From NCBI GenBank assembly GCA_039028615.1, contig JBCCHT010000034.1, positions 32,001 to 96,000 on the forward strand: DNA of 64,000 bases. The letters run 5' to 3'. The translations under genes were made by a program, and so were the position numbers. The notes below the pieces were generated by a model. That model had not been told where the DNA came from. It worked only from the letters and a program-made list of their open reading frames with translations, and searched no databases. This document shows, piece after piece, positions 32,930 to 41,560 of the stretch (positions are counted from its first letter, which is position 1; every line of letters begins with the position of its first letter). This DNA comes from Myxococcota bacterium (GTDB taxonomy: Bacteria; Myxococcota_A; Polyangia; Nannocystales; Nannocystaceae).

Positions 32930-33862
32930 ATGAGAACGATGATTCGAGGCGCATTCGATGGAGGGGCAGCGATCGTGGGTCTTTGCGCGGCAATCGCGGT
33001 AGGCGTGGCCGGCTGCGACGAAGCAGCGACGAGTCGCGGCGACGACTTCGCGAGCACGTTGCCCGAGCCCGAGGACAATCCCTGCGACGGTCTCGCCGAG
33101 CGCATCGTCGAGTGTGCCGACGACGAAGGCTGCGACCTCGACGTGTTGCAGACCGAATTCGAAGCGTGCACCGCCAGCGGCAAGGCCGATGGTCCCGTCG
33201 ACTGGATCAAAGGCGAGGTCGACGAGCTCAAGCAGTCGCTCGTGAACCGAGCGCAGGCTTGCTACGACGATCGCGACGCCGACTGTTTGTGGTGGACCTA
33301 CTGGTCCTTGGCCGCGGGAGCTCGAGTGCTCCAGCTGCCGACCGCGGCGAACAACATGTTCAACTTCCTCAACTGCGGCGACAACCCGCTGCTGCTCGAC
33401 ACCGACGCCCTGCGGGCCGATCCCACCGTCGAGTACACCGAGCAGGCCTTCCTCGATCACGCGTGGTGCGAAGGCACGGCCCTCGCCTCGATGCAGCCGG
33501 ACGTGACCACCACCGTGACCATCCCCGGCATGGTCGTGGCCGCCGAGAACTCGGACATCTGGTACGGCCTCGGCAACTTCACGATGTCGGGCGAAGCCAC
33601 GGTGGTGATCTCCGGGGGCGTGGTGCAGCAAGTCGAGCTGACCACCCGCGTGTACGACATCTACGACTGGCACGCGGGTCTGAGTGCACAGGGCGACTCG
33701 GCCGTCGTGCAAGACTTCCAAGACGAGTGGGCGGCATGGCTCGTCGAGCAGGGCGAAGCCTGCGAATTCGAGATGACCTCGGAGTGGACGGAGACGGTGT
33801 GGGAGCACCAACCGGTCGGCTGTGAGCTCCCCGATTCGGGCGAAGAACCCCGCGACGAGTAG
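32930..33862 (+). CDS. Lipoprotein (GKADG motif) with a possible colicin-M-like C-terminal domain
   Basis: VAGC lipobox; RBS GAGGAG. The domain call is inference (see findings). Confidence 0.65.
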   Translation: MRTMIRGAFDGGAAIVGLCAAIAVGVAGCDEAATSRGDDFASTLPEPEDNPCDGLAERIVECADDEGCDLDVLQTEFEACTASGKADGPVDWIKGEVDELKQSLVNRAQACYDDRDADCLWWTYWSLAAGARVLQLPTAANNMFNFLNCGDNPLLLDTDALRADPTVEYTEQAFLDHAWCEGTALASMQPDVTTTVTIPGMVVAAENSDIWYGLGNFTMSGEATVVISGGVVQQVELTTRVYDIYDWHAGLSAQGDSAVVQDFQDEWAAWLVEQGEACEFEMTSEWTETVWEHQPVGCELPDSGEEPRDE

Positions 33863-33882
33863 GCTTCGCCGTGATCACGTGT

Positions 33883-33906
33883 CCGCGTCGAACCTCTTCG
33901 ACGCGG
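33883..33906 (+). terminator. Hairpin after gene
   Basis: CCGCGTCGAA-CCTC-TTCGACGCGG. Confidence 0.5.
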
Positions 33907-34086
33907 GCGCGCAGCGATGAACGAGTGCATCGCATCGTGATCGAACGGAGCCCATCATGGTCCCGTCGTCGCGTCGGCGGGTAGGCAGCGGGCCCACCCT
34001 TACCGGGTGTTCACCTTCGGTTTCGCGCACTGGTTTGCACGCTACGTCGCCACCGAATCGGGCGAGCCTTTTGTTACCATGACGTC

Positions 34087-35712
34087 GTGTGGACCTCGAA
34101 TAAGCATCTCTTGGCTTGCTTGACCCTGGCTGTTGCGTGCACCCCCGACTCGGGCGGCGGCAACGAAAGTGGTGGATCGACGGGGAGTACGGGCCTCGCC
34201 ACCTCGACCTCCACCACCCCGGATCCATCGACCACCGATCCGGGCGGGACCACGGAGATCGGGACGGGGCAAGACACCACCGCGGGCAGCGAAGAAGGCG
34301 TGGACTCGACGTCCACGGGAGCCGAGTCCACCAGCACCGGCCCTGGCTGCATCCCCGGCGAAGAAGAGGGCTGCATCTGCGAGGCCGACGAGTGTGGCGT
34401 GGGCCTGGCGTGCGAAGACGACGTCTGCGTCGCGATCCCCTGCGGCAACGGGATGATCGACGACGGCGAGGAGTGCGACGACGCCAACGGCATGGACAAC
34501 GACGGCTGCGACAACGACTGCACGATCTCCGAGGGCGCCGCGGCCATCGAGGCCGGCGGCGAGCATGTCTGCGCCGCCAACCACTTCGGCCAGATGAAGT
34601 GCTGGGGCAACTTCGGCCAGGGGCGCCTCGGCTACCCCATGCAGGGCGAGGACATCGGTGACGACGAGGTCCCGGCCGACTTCGGCTATGTCGACGTGGG
34701 CGGCGTGGTCGAAGAGATGGCCCTGGGCAGCGACTTCACCTGCGTCCGCCTCGCGACCGACGATGTCATTTGCTGGGGCGAGGGCCAGCACGGTCGCCTC
34801 GGGCAGGGCAACCAGGACAATCTCGGCATCGACGAAGCGCCCGTCGACATCGATCCCATCTCCCTGTCCGGTACGCCGATCCAGATCGACGCCGGCGACG
34901 AGCATGCGTGTGCCGTGTTCGCCGATGGCAACGTCAGCTGCTGGGGTCGCAACGACCATGGTCAGCTCGGAGTCCCCGGCGAGAACATGATCGGCGACAA
35001 CGAGCTGCCCTCGGATGTCGCGAACGTCAACGTCGGGGCCAACGTCGAGCAGATCGCCGCGGGGCTGGACCACACCTGCGCCCGCCTCGGCGGCGGCGAC
35101 GTGCTGTGCTGGGGCCGCAACAACCTCGGCCAGCTCGGCGTCCCCGGCTCGGAGAGCATCGGCGACAACGAAGACCCGGCGACGGCCACCATGGTCATGC
35201 TCGACGGCGAGGCGATCAACATCGACGCGAACTACAACCACACCTGCGTGTGGTTCCCGACCGGCGAGATCCAGTGCTGGGGCGAGGGCACCCAGGGCAA
35301 GCTGGGCTACGGCAACGAAGACGACATCGGGGACGACGAAGAGGTCAACACCCAGACGACCATCGACCTCGACTTCAACCCGACCCACCTGGCGACCGGC
35401 GAGGACCACACCTGTGCGCGACTTCTGAGCACGGGCATCTTCTGCTGGGGCGACGGCGACAACGGACGCCTGGGCACGGGCAGCCCCGACGACGTGCTCG
35501 CCCCCCTGATGGACCAGATCGACGTGTCCAAGGCGCAGGGTCCGGGCAGCGTCACCGCCGGAGCGGAGTTCACCTGCACCCGCACCACGGGCAGCGAGCT
35601 CAAGTGCTGGGGCCGCAACAATCGCGGGCAGCTCGGTCAGGGCGCGGCGTTCCCCACCGACCTGGGTGACAACGAGTCGCTGTCGGTCGCCAACGCGATT
35701 CAGTTCGAGTAG
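34087..35712 (+). CDS. RCC1-repeat beta-propeller lipoprotein with a myxobacterial Cys-rich repeat
   Basis: Seven 'H/FTC..CWG...GxLG' repeats; CGNG..EECDDAN. Confidence 0.88.
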   Translation: MWTSNKHLLACLTLAVACTPDSGGGNESGGSTGSTGLATSTSTTPDPSTTDPGGTTEIGTGQDTTAGSEEGVDSTSTGAESTSTGPGCIPGEEEGCICEADECGVGLACEDDVCVAIPCGNGMIDDGEECDDANGMDNDGCDNDCTISEGAAAIEAGGEHVCAANHFGQMKCWGNFGQGRLGYPMQGEDIGDDEVPADFGYVDVGGVVEEMALGSDFTCVRLATDDVICWGEGQHGRLGQGNQDNLGIDEAPVDIDPISLSGTPIQIDAGDEHACAVFADGNVSCWGRNDHGQLGVPGENMIGDNELPSDVANVNVGANVEQIAAGLDHTCARLGGGDVLCWGRNNLGQLGVPGSESIGDNEDPATATMVMLDGEAINIDANYNHTCVWFPTGEIQCWGEGTQGKLGYGNEDDIGDDEEVNTQTTIDLDFNPTHLATGEDHTCARLLSTGIFCWGDGDNGRLGTGSPDDVLAPLMDQIDVSKAQGPGSVTAGAEFTCTRTTGSELKCWGRNNRGQLGQGAAFPTDLGDNESLSVANAIQFE

Positions 35713-38700
35713 TCGGCGAGCCCCGCCGGGGTGACGTCTCGTACGCGCTGCTCGATCGCGTCGAGGACGTCGCTTCGGCGTCGGGCCCACTGGGCCGGAT
35801 CGACGGGGACGACCGACCAGCCGCGAAGCGCGAGCACGGCCGGTTGGTGCACGTGCTGCTCGAACACCGACAGGGCGCGCTCCCCTTCGTCACACATCAC
35901 CGCGACCCGGAAGCCCTCGGGATCTTCGGGGTGACCCACGGCCAGCGGCACCCGAAAGTCCGAGCGACCCAGGTCGAGCGCACAGTGCAGCCCTCGCTCT
36001 TCGAGGGCGAGGGCGAGCTGAGCCGCCAGCGGCACGTAGCCGTCCAGAGCCATCGCCGCCCGCTGCTGCGGCGCCCGAATGGCCTGACCGCGAACCTCGT
36101 CGAGGATGCGCTCCGCCTGCACCCGCCGCCCCTTCTCGAGGTGGTGCGCGAACTCGAGGAAGGCCTTGAACAGCCGCGGGCCGTCGTGGGTCGAGCCGCC
36201 GACGTGCAGGAGCTTGGGATCGAAGGACGCGACTAGATAGCACTCGCTCTTCGCCCGCGAGATCGCGACGTTCAGCCGCCGCTCGCCGCCGCGCTGTCCC
36301 AGCGGACCGAAGCGCGCGGGCACGTAGCGCTCCGCGCTTCCTCCCTGGCGCTTGCGCTCGACGGGCGCATGGCCGAGCGAGAAGATGATGACGTCGCGCT
36401 CGTCGCCCTGCACCGACTCGAGGTTCTTGATGAAGGGCCGCTCGTGCAGCGCCTCGGCCCCGGTTGCCGCCGTCCAGCGCTTGGCGAACGCCTCGTCCGA
36501 CTCGACCCGGGCATCGATCGTCTCGAAGATGGTCTCCCGCTGCCGAATGTTGAACGTGATCACGCCGAGGGTCGGCGCCGGGTCCCGCTGCAGCAGCTCA
36601 TCGAGCAGGTCGACGACCCGCTCCGCCTCGGGACGATTGAGGCCGCGATCGTAGGAACCTCCCTCGACGTCGATCCACCGCAACGCTGGCTTGGCCCCGG
36701 GCCCGCGAATGGAGGGGATGGTCCGCAGGCCGCCCTCGTACATCGCGTGGTTGGAGAACGCGATGAGTTCCTCCTCGCGGCAGCGGTAGTGCCACTGCAG
36801 CCCCACGTGGGGACAGCGGGCGCGAGCCAGGGCCAGCAACGACTCCCCGGAGAAGGCGTCGCGAACCGAGCGTTCCTCCTCGCTGCGATCCTCGTCTTCG
36901 GTACCGCCGCTGCCCATGCGGAAGAACGACGTGGGCGGCATCTGCTGCTCGTCGCCCGCGATCACCACTCGGTTGGCCCGCAGGGCGACGGGGAAGCCCG
37001 CCTCTACCGTGCACTGCGAAGCCTCGTCGAAGATCACCAGATCGAACAGCGGCTGCCGGGGAAAGAGCACCACCATCGTCTCGGGCGAGAGCAGCCAGCA
37101 GGGCAAGGCGTGCAGCAGGCCCTGCGGCGAGAACTCCCGCACGAAGCGGCGCATGGGCCATAGCTGGCGCTTTTTTCCGACCTCGCGGAGCAGGCCCTCC
37201 TTGAGTTTCTGCTGCGGATTTCGACGCGCTCGATAGGCCGCGTCGGGGATGTTGAGCAGCTCGGCCTGGTCGAGGCTCGCCTGCAGGCGGGCGACTTCTT
37301 GGTCACGGAGCTGGGTCTGCAACGAGCGCAGCGTCTCCGCATCGCGACCGGTCCGCTGAGCCTCGGCCCCCGTCCCCAGGTCGGCCAGCGCGGGCACGAC
37401 CCCTCGCACGCGCTCGACATGAGCGGCAGCCCAGGCCCGTGCGACGGTCTCGCGCCACGCCGATGCCGATGCCTCGGGCTCGAGCCGAGCCAGGGCATCG
37501 AGCAAGGTCCGCGCGTGCCCAAAGCGAGCGTCGAGCTGAGCGAGCCAGCCGTCGGCCTCGCGTAGGCGCTGTCCGTCGAGGGTGAGACGCTCGCGAACGA
37601 TCGCCAACACGTCTTGCGACGGCGCCCCCACCCCGGGGAAATACGCATGCACGGGCGCGAGGGCGCTCTGGAGATGATGCAGGGCCTCGACTTGAGCCTG
37701 CCGCTGCGTGACCCGAGCCTCGAACGCGGCCCGCTGCTCGAGGCTACCGGGCAAGGCCAAGCCCAGCGGAGCGAGCAAGGCTGCATCCGCCTGCGCGGCA
37801 TGGACCTGGCGCTGGAGCCCCAACATCGCCAGCAGGCATGCCTGGCCCTGCGTCGCGTCCTGGGGTGCGTAGTGCGGGTCGAGGTGCAGGCCCTGCCACA
37901 GCACCGCCATCGCATCCCACGCTTGGGTCGCTTGGATACGCGCGTGCAGGGAATCGAGGAACGCCGCCGAGAAGTCGGCCGCCGCCTGCTCGGGCCACGC
38001 CTGGGCCAGCGCGCGCCGCAGCTCTCCCCTCGCCTTCCACCAGACTCCAGAGAAGGGCCGAGTCCAACGACCGGCAAAGCTGCGCAGGATGGCGAGGTTC
38101 TGGGTCAGTGCCTCGTCGGTAGGCATCCGAACCGGCGCCGGGTACTGGGCCAAGGCCGCGGCGCGCTCCTCCCACTGACGACGAACCTCCTCGATGGGGG
38201 CCAGCGGCTGGAGCGACAGCGCCACGAAGACCTGCGCATCACGGGGCTCGGCCCGAGCCCCACTGCCGACCACCAGTCGTTGCAACGCGGCTGCCCCCTC
38301 GAGCAAGATTTGTCGATCGATGGGGTCGGTGGCCAGCGCTTCGTCGGCCGCCGCGGCCGGAGCCAGCGCTTCGTCGACCGTCCGCCGCAGCGCCATCAAG
38401 CCCGCGTCATCCACCTGAGCCAGGCTCACGCGCGGCGGCTCGCCGTGCACGCTCCGCCAGAAGCCTCTCGGCTCCCACAGCTCGCGGTACGGATGCAGGC
38501 GCTCCACCAGCTCGAGCACGGTGGCCAGCGCGTGGCGATCGAGGTCGGCCAACGCGGGCAGCGAAAGCTCGGTGGGCTCGGTCGCGGTGATCGCCAGCAG
38601 CTGCCCCACGGTGAGCTCGGTGCCCTCCGGGCGGTAGGCGAGCGCGGCCCGTCGAGTCTGGAGTCGGGCCTGGACCTGCTCGTGCTCCTGCTGCAGGACG

Positions 38701-41510
38701 CCGCGGCGGGTCGCGTCGTCCGCTCGCGGCGAGAAGCCGGTCAGGCGCGCCTGCAGCTGGCGATACAGCGCGCGGCGATCGTCGACGACGTCGTGGACCA
38801 GCGCGACCGAATCGGCGAGCCCACAGTCGGCGAGGCGCTGATACACCACGTCCAGTGCCGCTCGCTTCTCGGCCACCACCGCGACCCGCTCGCCGCGGCC
38901 CAGGGCATCGGCCACGAGGTTGACGATGAGCTGGCTCTTGCCGGTTCCGGGCGGTCCGTCGACCACCGTGACCTGGTTGCGACGACACTCCGCGGCCACC
39001 TGGCGCTGACTGGGATCGGCCGCGAGCACCGGCCACCGCAGCTCGTCGGAGGCCAGCACCGTCTCGCTCGCCACCGGTTCCGCCGCGCTGTCGCCGACGG
39101 AACCGGCGGGCAGCAGGCCCATGCCGGCCGCGAGCAGAGTCGGCAGCTCCACGCTCGGGTCGAGCAGCTGGGGCAGCAGCGCGTCGTAGTCCTGCAGCAG
39201 GTCGGAGCTCGACTGCGGAAACAGGCCCAGCACCGCGCATTCCTCCACGACGAGGAACGGCTCCTTTTCGTCGAGGTCGGCATTGCGCTCGACGAAGGGC
39301 ACCAGCGTCGTGCCCTCGCGGCGCAGCACCAGGCCCACCTCGCGCAGCTTGGCCAGCACCGCATCCACGCCACCCGCTGGATCGGCGGCCAGCTCGTCGA
39401 GCGTGCGCCCCAGCTCATCGGGAAACGCGAGCGCAGCCTTGTTGAACAGCACCCGGAGCAGCGATTGGTTGGCCAGGGGCTCGTCGTCGGGTCGGCGTTG
39501 GGCGCTGAATCCCCGCGTGCCCCGGCCATCGCGATCGAGACCGATCGGGTACAGCAGCAACGGACCGCGAACGCCATAGCCGGGCCCGGGCTCGCCGCGG
39601 GGGGCCACATTGCCGACCACGAGCGGATAGCCCAGGTACAGGTCGTTGGCCCCCGTTTCCTCGCGACGATCGCGACTGCTTCGATCGAGCTGACGCAGGT
39701 CTCGGCTCACCGCATGCGCGGCGTCGTGGCGCCCGGCATCATCGGCGGTCACCAGGCGAGCGACCTTGCCCGCCATCATCAGGGCCAGCGCTCGCTCGGC
39801 CGCGCCCGGGCGGACCCCGTCGAGTCGAGACAAGTCGAAGCTCCGGGCCGCCCGCATGGTCCGCAGCCGCACCGAGGGACTGCGGCCATCACCGGTCACC
39901 AGCTCGTCGCGGAGGCGGCTCAGGCTCGCGGCCAAGGTCTTGCGCGAGCCGTCGACGGGCTCGGGCTCGGCGGCGGCCTCCGGCACGCGAGGCCGCGTCG
40001 ATCGCAGCAGCACCCGATCGTCCAGACCCGCGTGCCCCAGCGGCGGCACGCACTCGACGTGGTGATGCAGCAAGACCCGCTCGATCCGGGCTCGCCCCTC
40101 GGCGTCCTCGACGGGCACCGCCGCCAGCCGCAGTAATCGACGGGGTGCGATCTCCATCTGCCCCCGCCGCGCCACCGACTCGCCCAGGGCTTCGAGCGCG
40201 TCCCGGACCTCGTCGCGGCGCATCGGCAGCGGCACCGCGACCGCCTCGAGGCTCTCGACCTCCACCTCGCCGCCCGCCGCCCGCACCGCGGGGCCGACCC
40301 AGCGCCGAAAGTCCGCCCCGTGGCCGAGTACGTCGCCGATCGCGAGCAGCATCTGCACCTCGCGCGGATCGATGACGTCGTCGGCCCCCATCACATGTGA
40401 CAGCAGCAGGAACAACGAGCGTGCGAGGTCGGACCCGCCCGCGCGCACCAGCTCGGCCGTCTCGTACAGCCGCTGTCGCGCCACGTCCGGGTCGAGCAGC
40501 TCCGACCAGCCGGGCACACGATCGCTGAAGGCATCCTCGATGGCATCGAGTTCCTCGGGCGCCACCACACCGTCGGCATGAGCGATGAGCACCGCCCCTG
40601 CCAGCGCGCACTCGGCCAAGAACGCGGGCGGCTCGTCGCGGACGTCGTACTCGAGCGAGACCCCACCTCCGGTGAGCGCCGCCTCGATCTTCGCGTCGAC
40701 CTCGGCCAGCGACCGGGTTCCCGGACCACGCCCAGTGAGCGCATGGAACTCGGCCGTCTCCCAGTACAGCCACTGCGCCCAGGCCCGCAGGCTATGCTCG
40801 GGGTGCGTGGTGCTCTCGGCCGCGTCCCCGGCCGAGAGCGTCTCCTCCATGAGCTCGCGACATTGCTCGAGGTACGCCTCGGTGTCCCAGCTCAGCGACT
40901 CCCCGGAGAGCCCGGTGGTCGCGGCCATCTCCAGGCGCAGCGCGGCGTCGAGATCCTGGCAGGCCAAGATGCCGAAGCGGTCCGCCGTGATCTCGCGCGC
41001 CACCACCAGCTGCCCTGCCGCCTGCGTGCCCCGGGCGCTCAGCAGCCCCTCGCTCGCCAGCACCGAGCCCGCCAGCGCCGTCGCCCCCAGATCGTTCCAG
41101 GGCCCGTGCGCGAGGTAGTGTCCCAGCTCGTGACCGAACAGGGCCACCGCGGCCTCGTCGTCGACCAGGCTCAGCATGCGCCCCTGGATCTCGAGCAGGA
41201 TCGGCGTCTGCACGAAGTGCAGCGCGGCGTTCTCTCGGCCCGAGCTCTGGTACAGCTCCATCGCCCCGGTCACCCCGAGCACCCGCGCCGCCTCGCTCGC
41301 TTGGCGATGGGCCGCCGCCGCCATCGACTCGGTAAGGCGCAGGGCCTGGGCGAGCAAACGGCGACGAATCGCGGCCGGTTCCCGGGGGACACAGGCCCGG
41401 CGATGGAGGGCAAAGCCGGGCTCTGCCTCGAGTACGGCCGCGAGGTTGCGCTCCAGCGAAAACCGTACGGCCTCGACATCGAGCTGTGAAAGCGGGGTGC
41501 GAGGATTCAT
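35700..41510 (-). CDS. M48 peptidase-TerB-DUF4011-SF1 (Upf1/Dna2-like) helicase-nuclease-like fusion
   Basis: HELGH, EITADR, THP; two TerB-like AD(G/D)V motifs; DUF4011 'REETGANDLYLGYP..PLLLYP'; GPPGTGKSQ, DEASQ, GDEQQMPP, HYRC, QGDERD, RLNVAISRAK. Confidence 0.85.
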   Translation of the reverse strand: MNPRTPLSQLDVEAVRFSLERNLAAVLEAEPGFALHRRACVPREPAAIRRRLLAQALRLTESMAAAAHRQASEAARVLGVTGAMELYQSSGRENAALHFVQTPILLEIQGRMLSLVDDEAAVALFGHELGHYLAHGPWNDLGATALAGSVLASEGLLSARGTQAAGQLVVAREITADRFGILACQDLDAALRLEMAATTGLSGESLSWDTEAYLEQCRELMEETLSAGDAAESTTHPEHSLRAWAQWLYWETAEFHALTGRGPGTRSLAEVDAKIEAALTGGGVSLEYDVRDEPPAFLAECALAGAVLIAHADGVVAPEELDAIEDAFSDRVPGWSELLDPDVARQRLYETAELVRAGGSDLARSLFLLLSHVMGADDVIDPREVQMLLAIGDVLGHGADFRRWVGPAVRAAGGEVEVESLEAVAVPLPMRRDEVRDALEALGESVARRGQMEIAPRRLLRLAAVPVEDAEGRARIERVLLHHHVECVPPLGHAGLDDRVLLRSTRPRVPEAAAEPEPVDGSRKTLAASLSRLRDELVTGDGRSPSVRLRTMRAARSFDLSRLDGVRPGAAERALALMMAGKVARLVTADDAGRHDAAHAVSRDLRQLDRSSRDRREETGANDLYLGYPLVVGNVAPRGEPGPGYGVRGPLLLYPIGLDRDGRGTRGFSAQRRPDDEPLANQSLLRVLFNKAALAFPDELGRTLDELAADPAGGVDAVLAKLREVGLVLRREGTTLVPFVERNADLDEKEPFLVVEECAVLGLFPQSSSDLLQDYDALLPQLLDPSVELPTLLAAGMGLLPAGSVGDSAAEPVASETVLASDELRWPVLAADPSQRQVAAECRRNQVTVVDGPPGTGKSQLIVNLVADALGRGERVAVVAEKRAALDVVYQRLADCGLADSVALVHDVVDDRRALYRQLQARLTGFSPRADDATRRGVLQQEHEQVQARLQTRRAALAYRPEGTELTVGQLLAITATEPTELSLPALADLDRHALATVLELVERLHPYRELWEPRGFWRSVHGEPPRVSLAQVDDAGLMALRRTVDEALAPAAAADEALATDPIDRQILLEGAAALQRLVVGSGARAEPRDAQVFVALSLQPLAPIEEVRRQWEERAAALAQYPAPVRMPTDEALTQNLAILRSFAGRWTRPFSGVWWKARGELRRALAQAWPEQAAADFSAAFLDSLHARIQATQAWDAMAVLWQGLHLDPHYAPQDATQGQACLLAMLGLQRQVHAAQADAALLAPLGLALPGSLEQRAAFEARVTQRQAQVEALHHLQSALAPVHAYFPGVGAPSQDVLAIVRERLTLDGQRLREADGWLAQLDARFGHARTLLDALARLEPEASASAWRETVARAWAAAHVERVRGVVPALADLGTGAEAQRTGRDAETLRSLQTQLRDQEVARLQASLDQAELLNIPDAAYRARRNPQQKLKEGLLREVGKKRQLWPMRRFVREFSPQGLLHALPCWLLSPETMVVLFPRQPLFDLVIFDEASQCTVEAGFPVALRANRVVIAGDEQQMPPTSFFRMGSGGTEDEDRSEEERSVRDAFSGESLLALARARCPHVGLQWHYRCREEELIAFSNHAMYEGGLRTIPSIRGPGAKPALRWIDVEGGSYDRGLNRPEAERVVDLLDELLQRDPAPTLGVITFNIRQRETIFETIDARVESDEAFAKRWTAATGAEALHERPFIKNLESVQGDERDVIIFSLGHAPVERKRQGGSAERYVPARFGPLGQRGGERRLNVAISRAKSECYLVASFDPKLLHVGGSTHDGPRLFKAFLEFAHHLEKGRRVQAERILDEVRGQAIRAPQQRAAMALDGYVPLAAQLALALEERGLHCALDLGRSDFRVPLAVGHPEDPEGFRVAVMCDEGERALSVFEQHVHQPAVLALRGWSVVPVDPAQWARRRSDVLDAIEQRVRDVTPAGLADYSN

Positions 41511-41560
41511 GCGGGGCGAGGCGCACAGCGTATCACCCGTACCCGGACTCCGATCGCAGC

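Noticed and set aside
37614..40136. Long antisense or alternate-frame ORFs (also 46632-49442, 18044-20011, 15876-17804, 8296-10392, 24732-26591)
   Set aside because: Shadow ORFs expected at high GC; they overlap genes with clear motifs and have none of their own.
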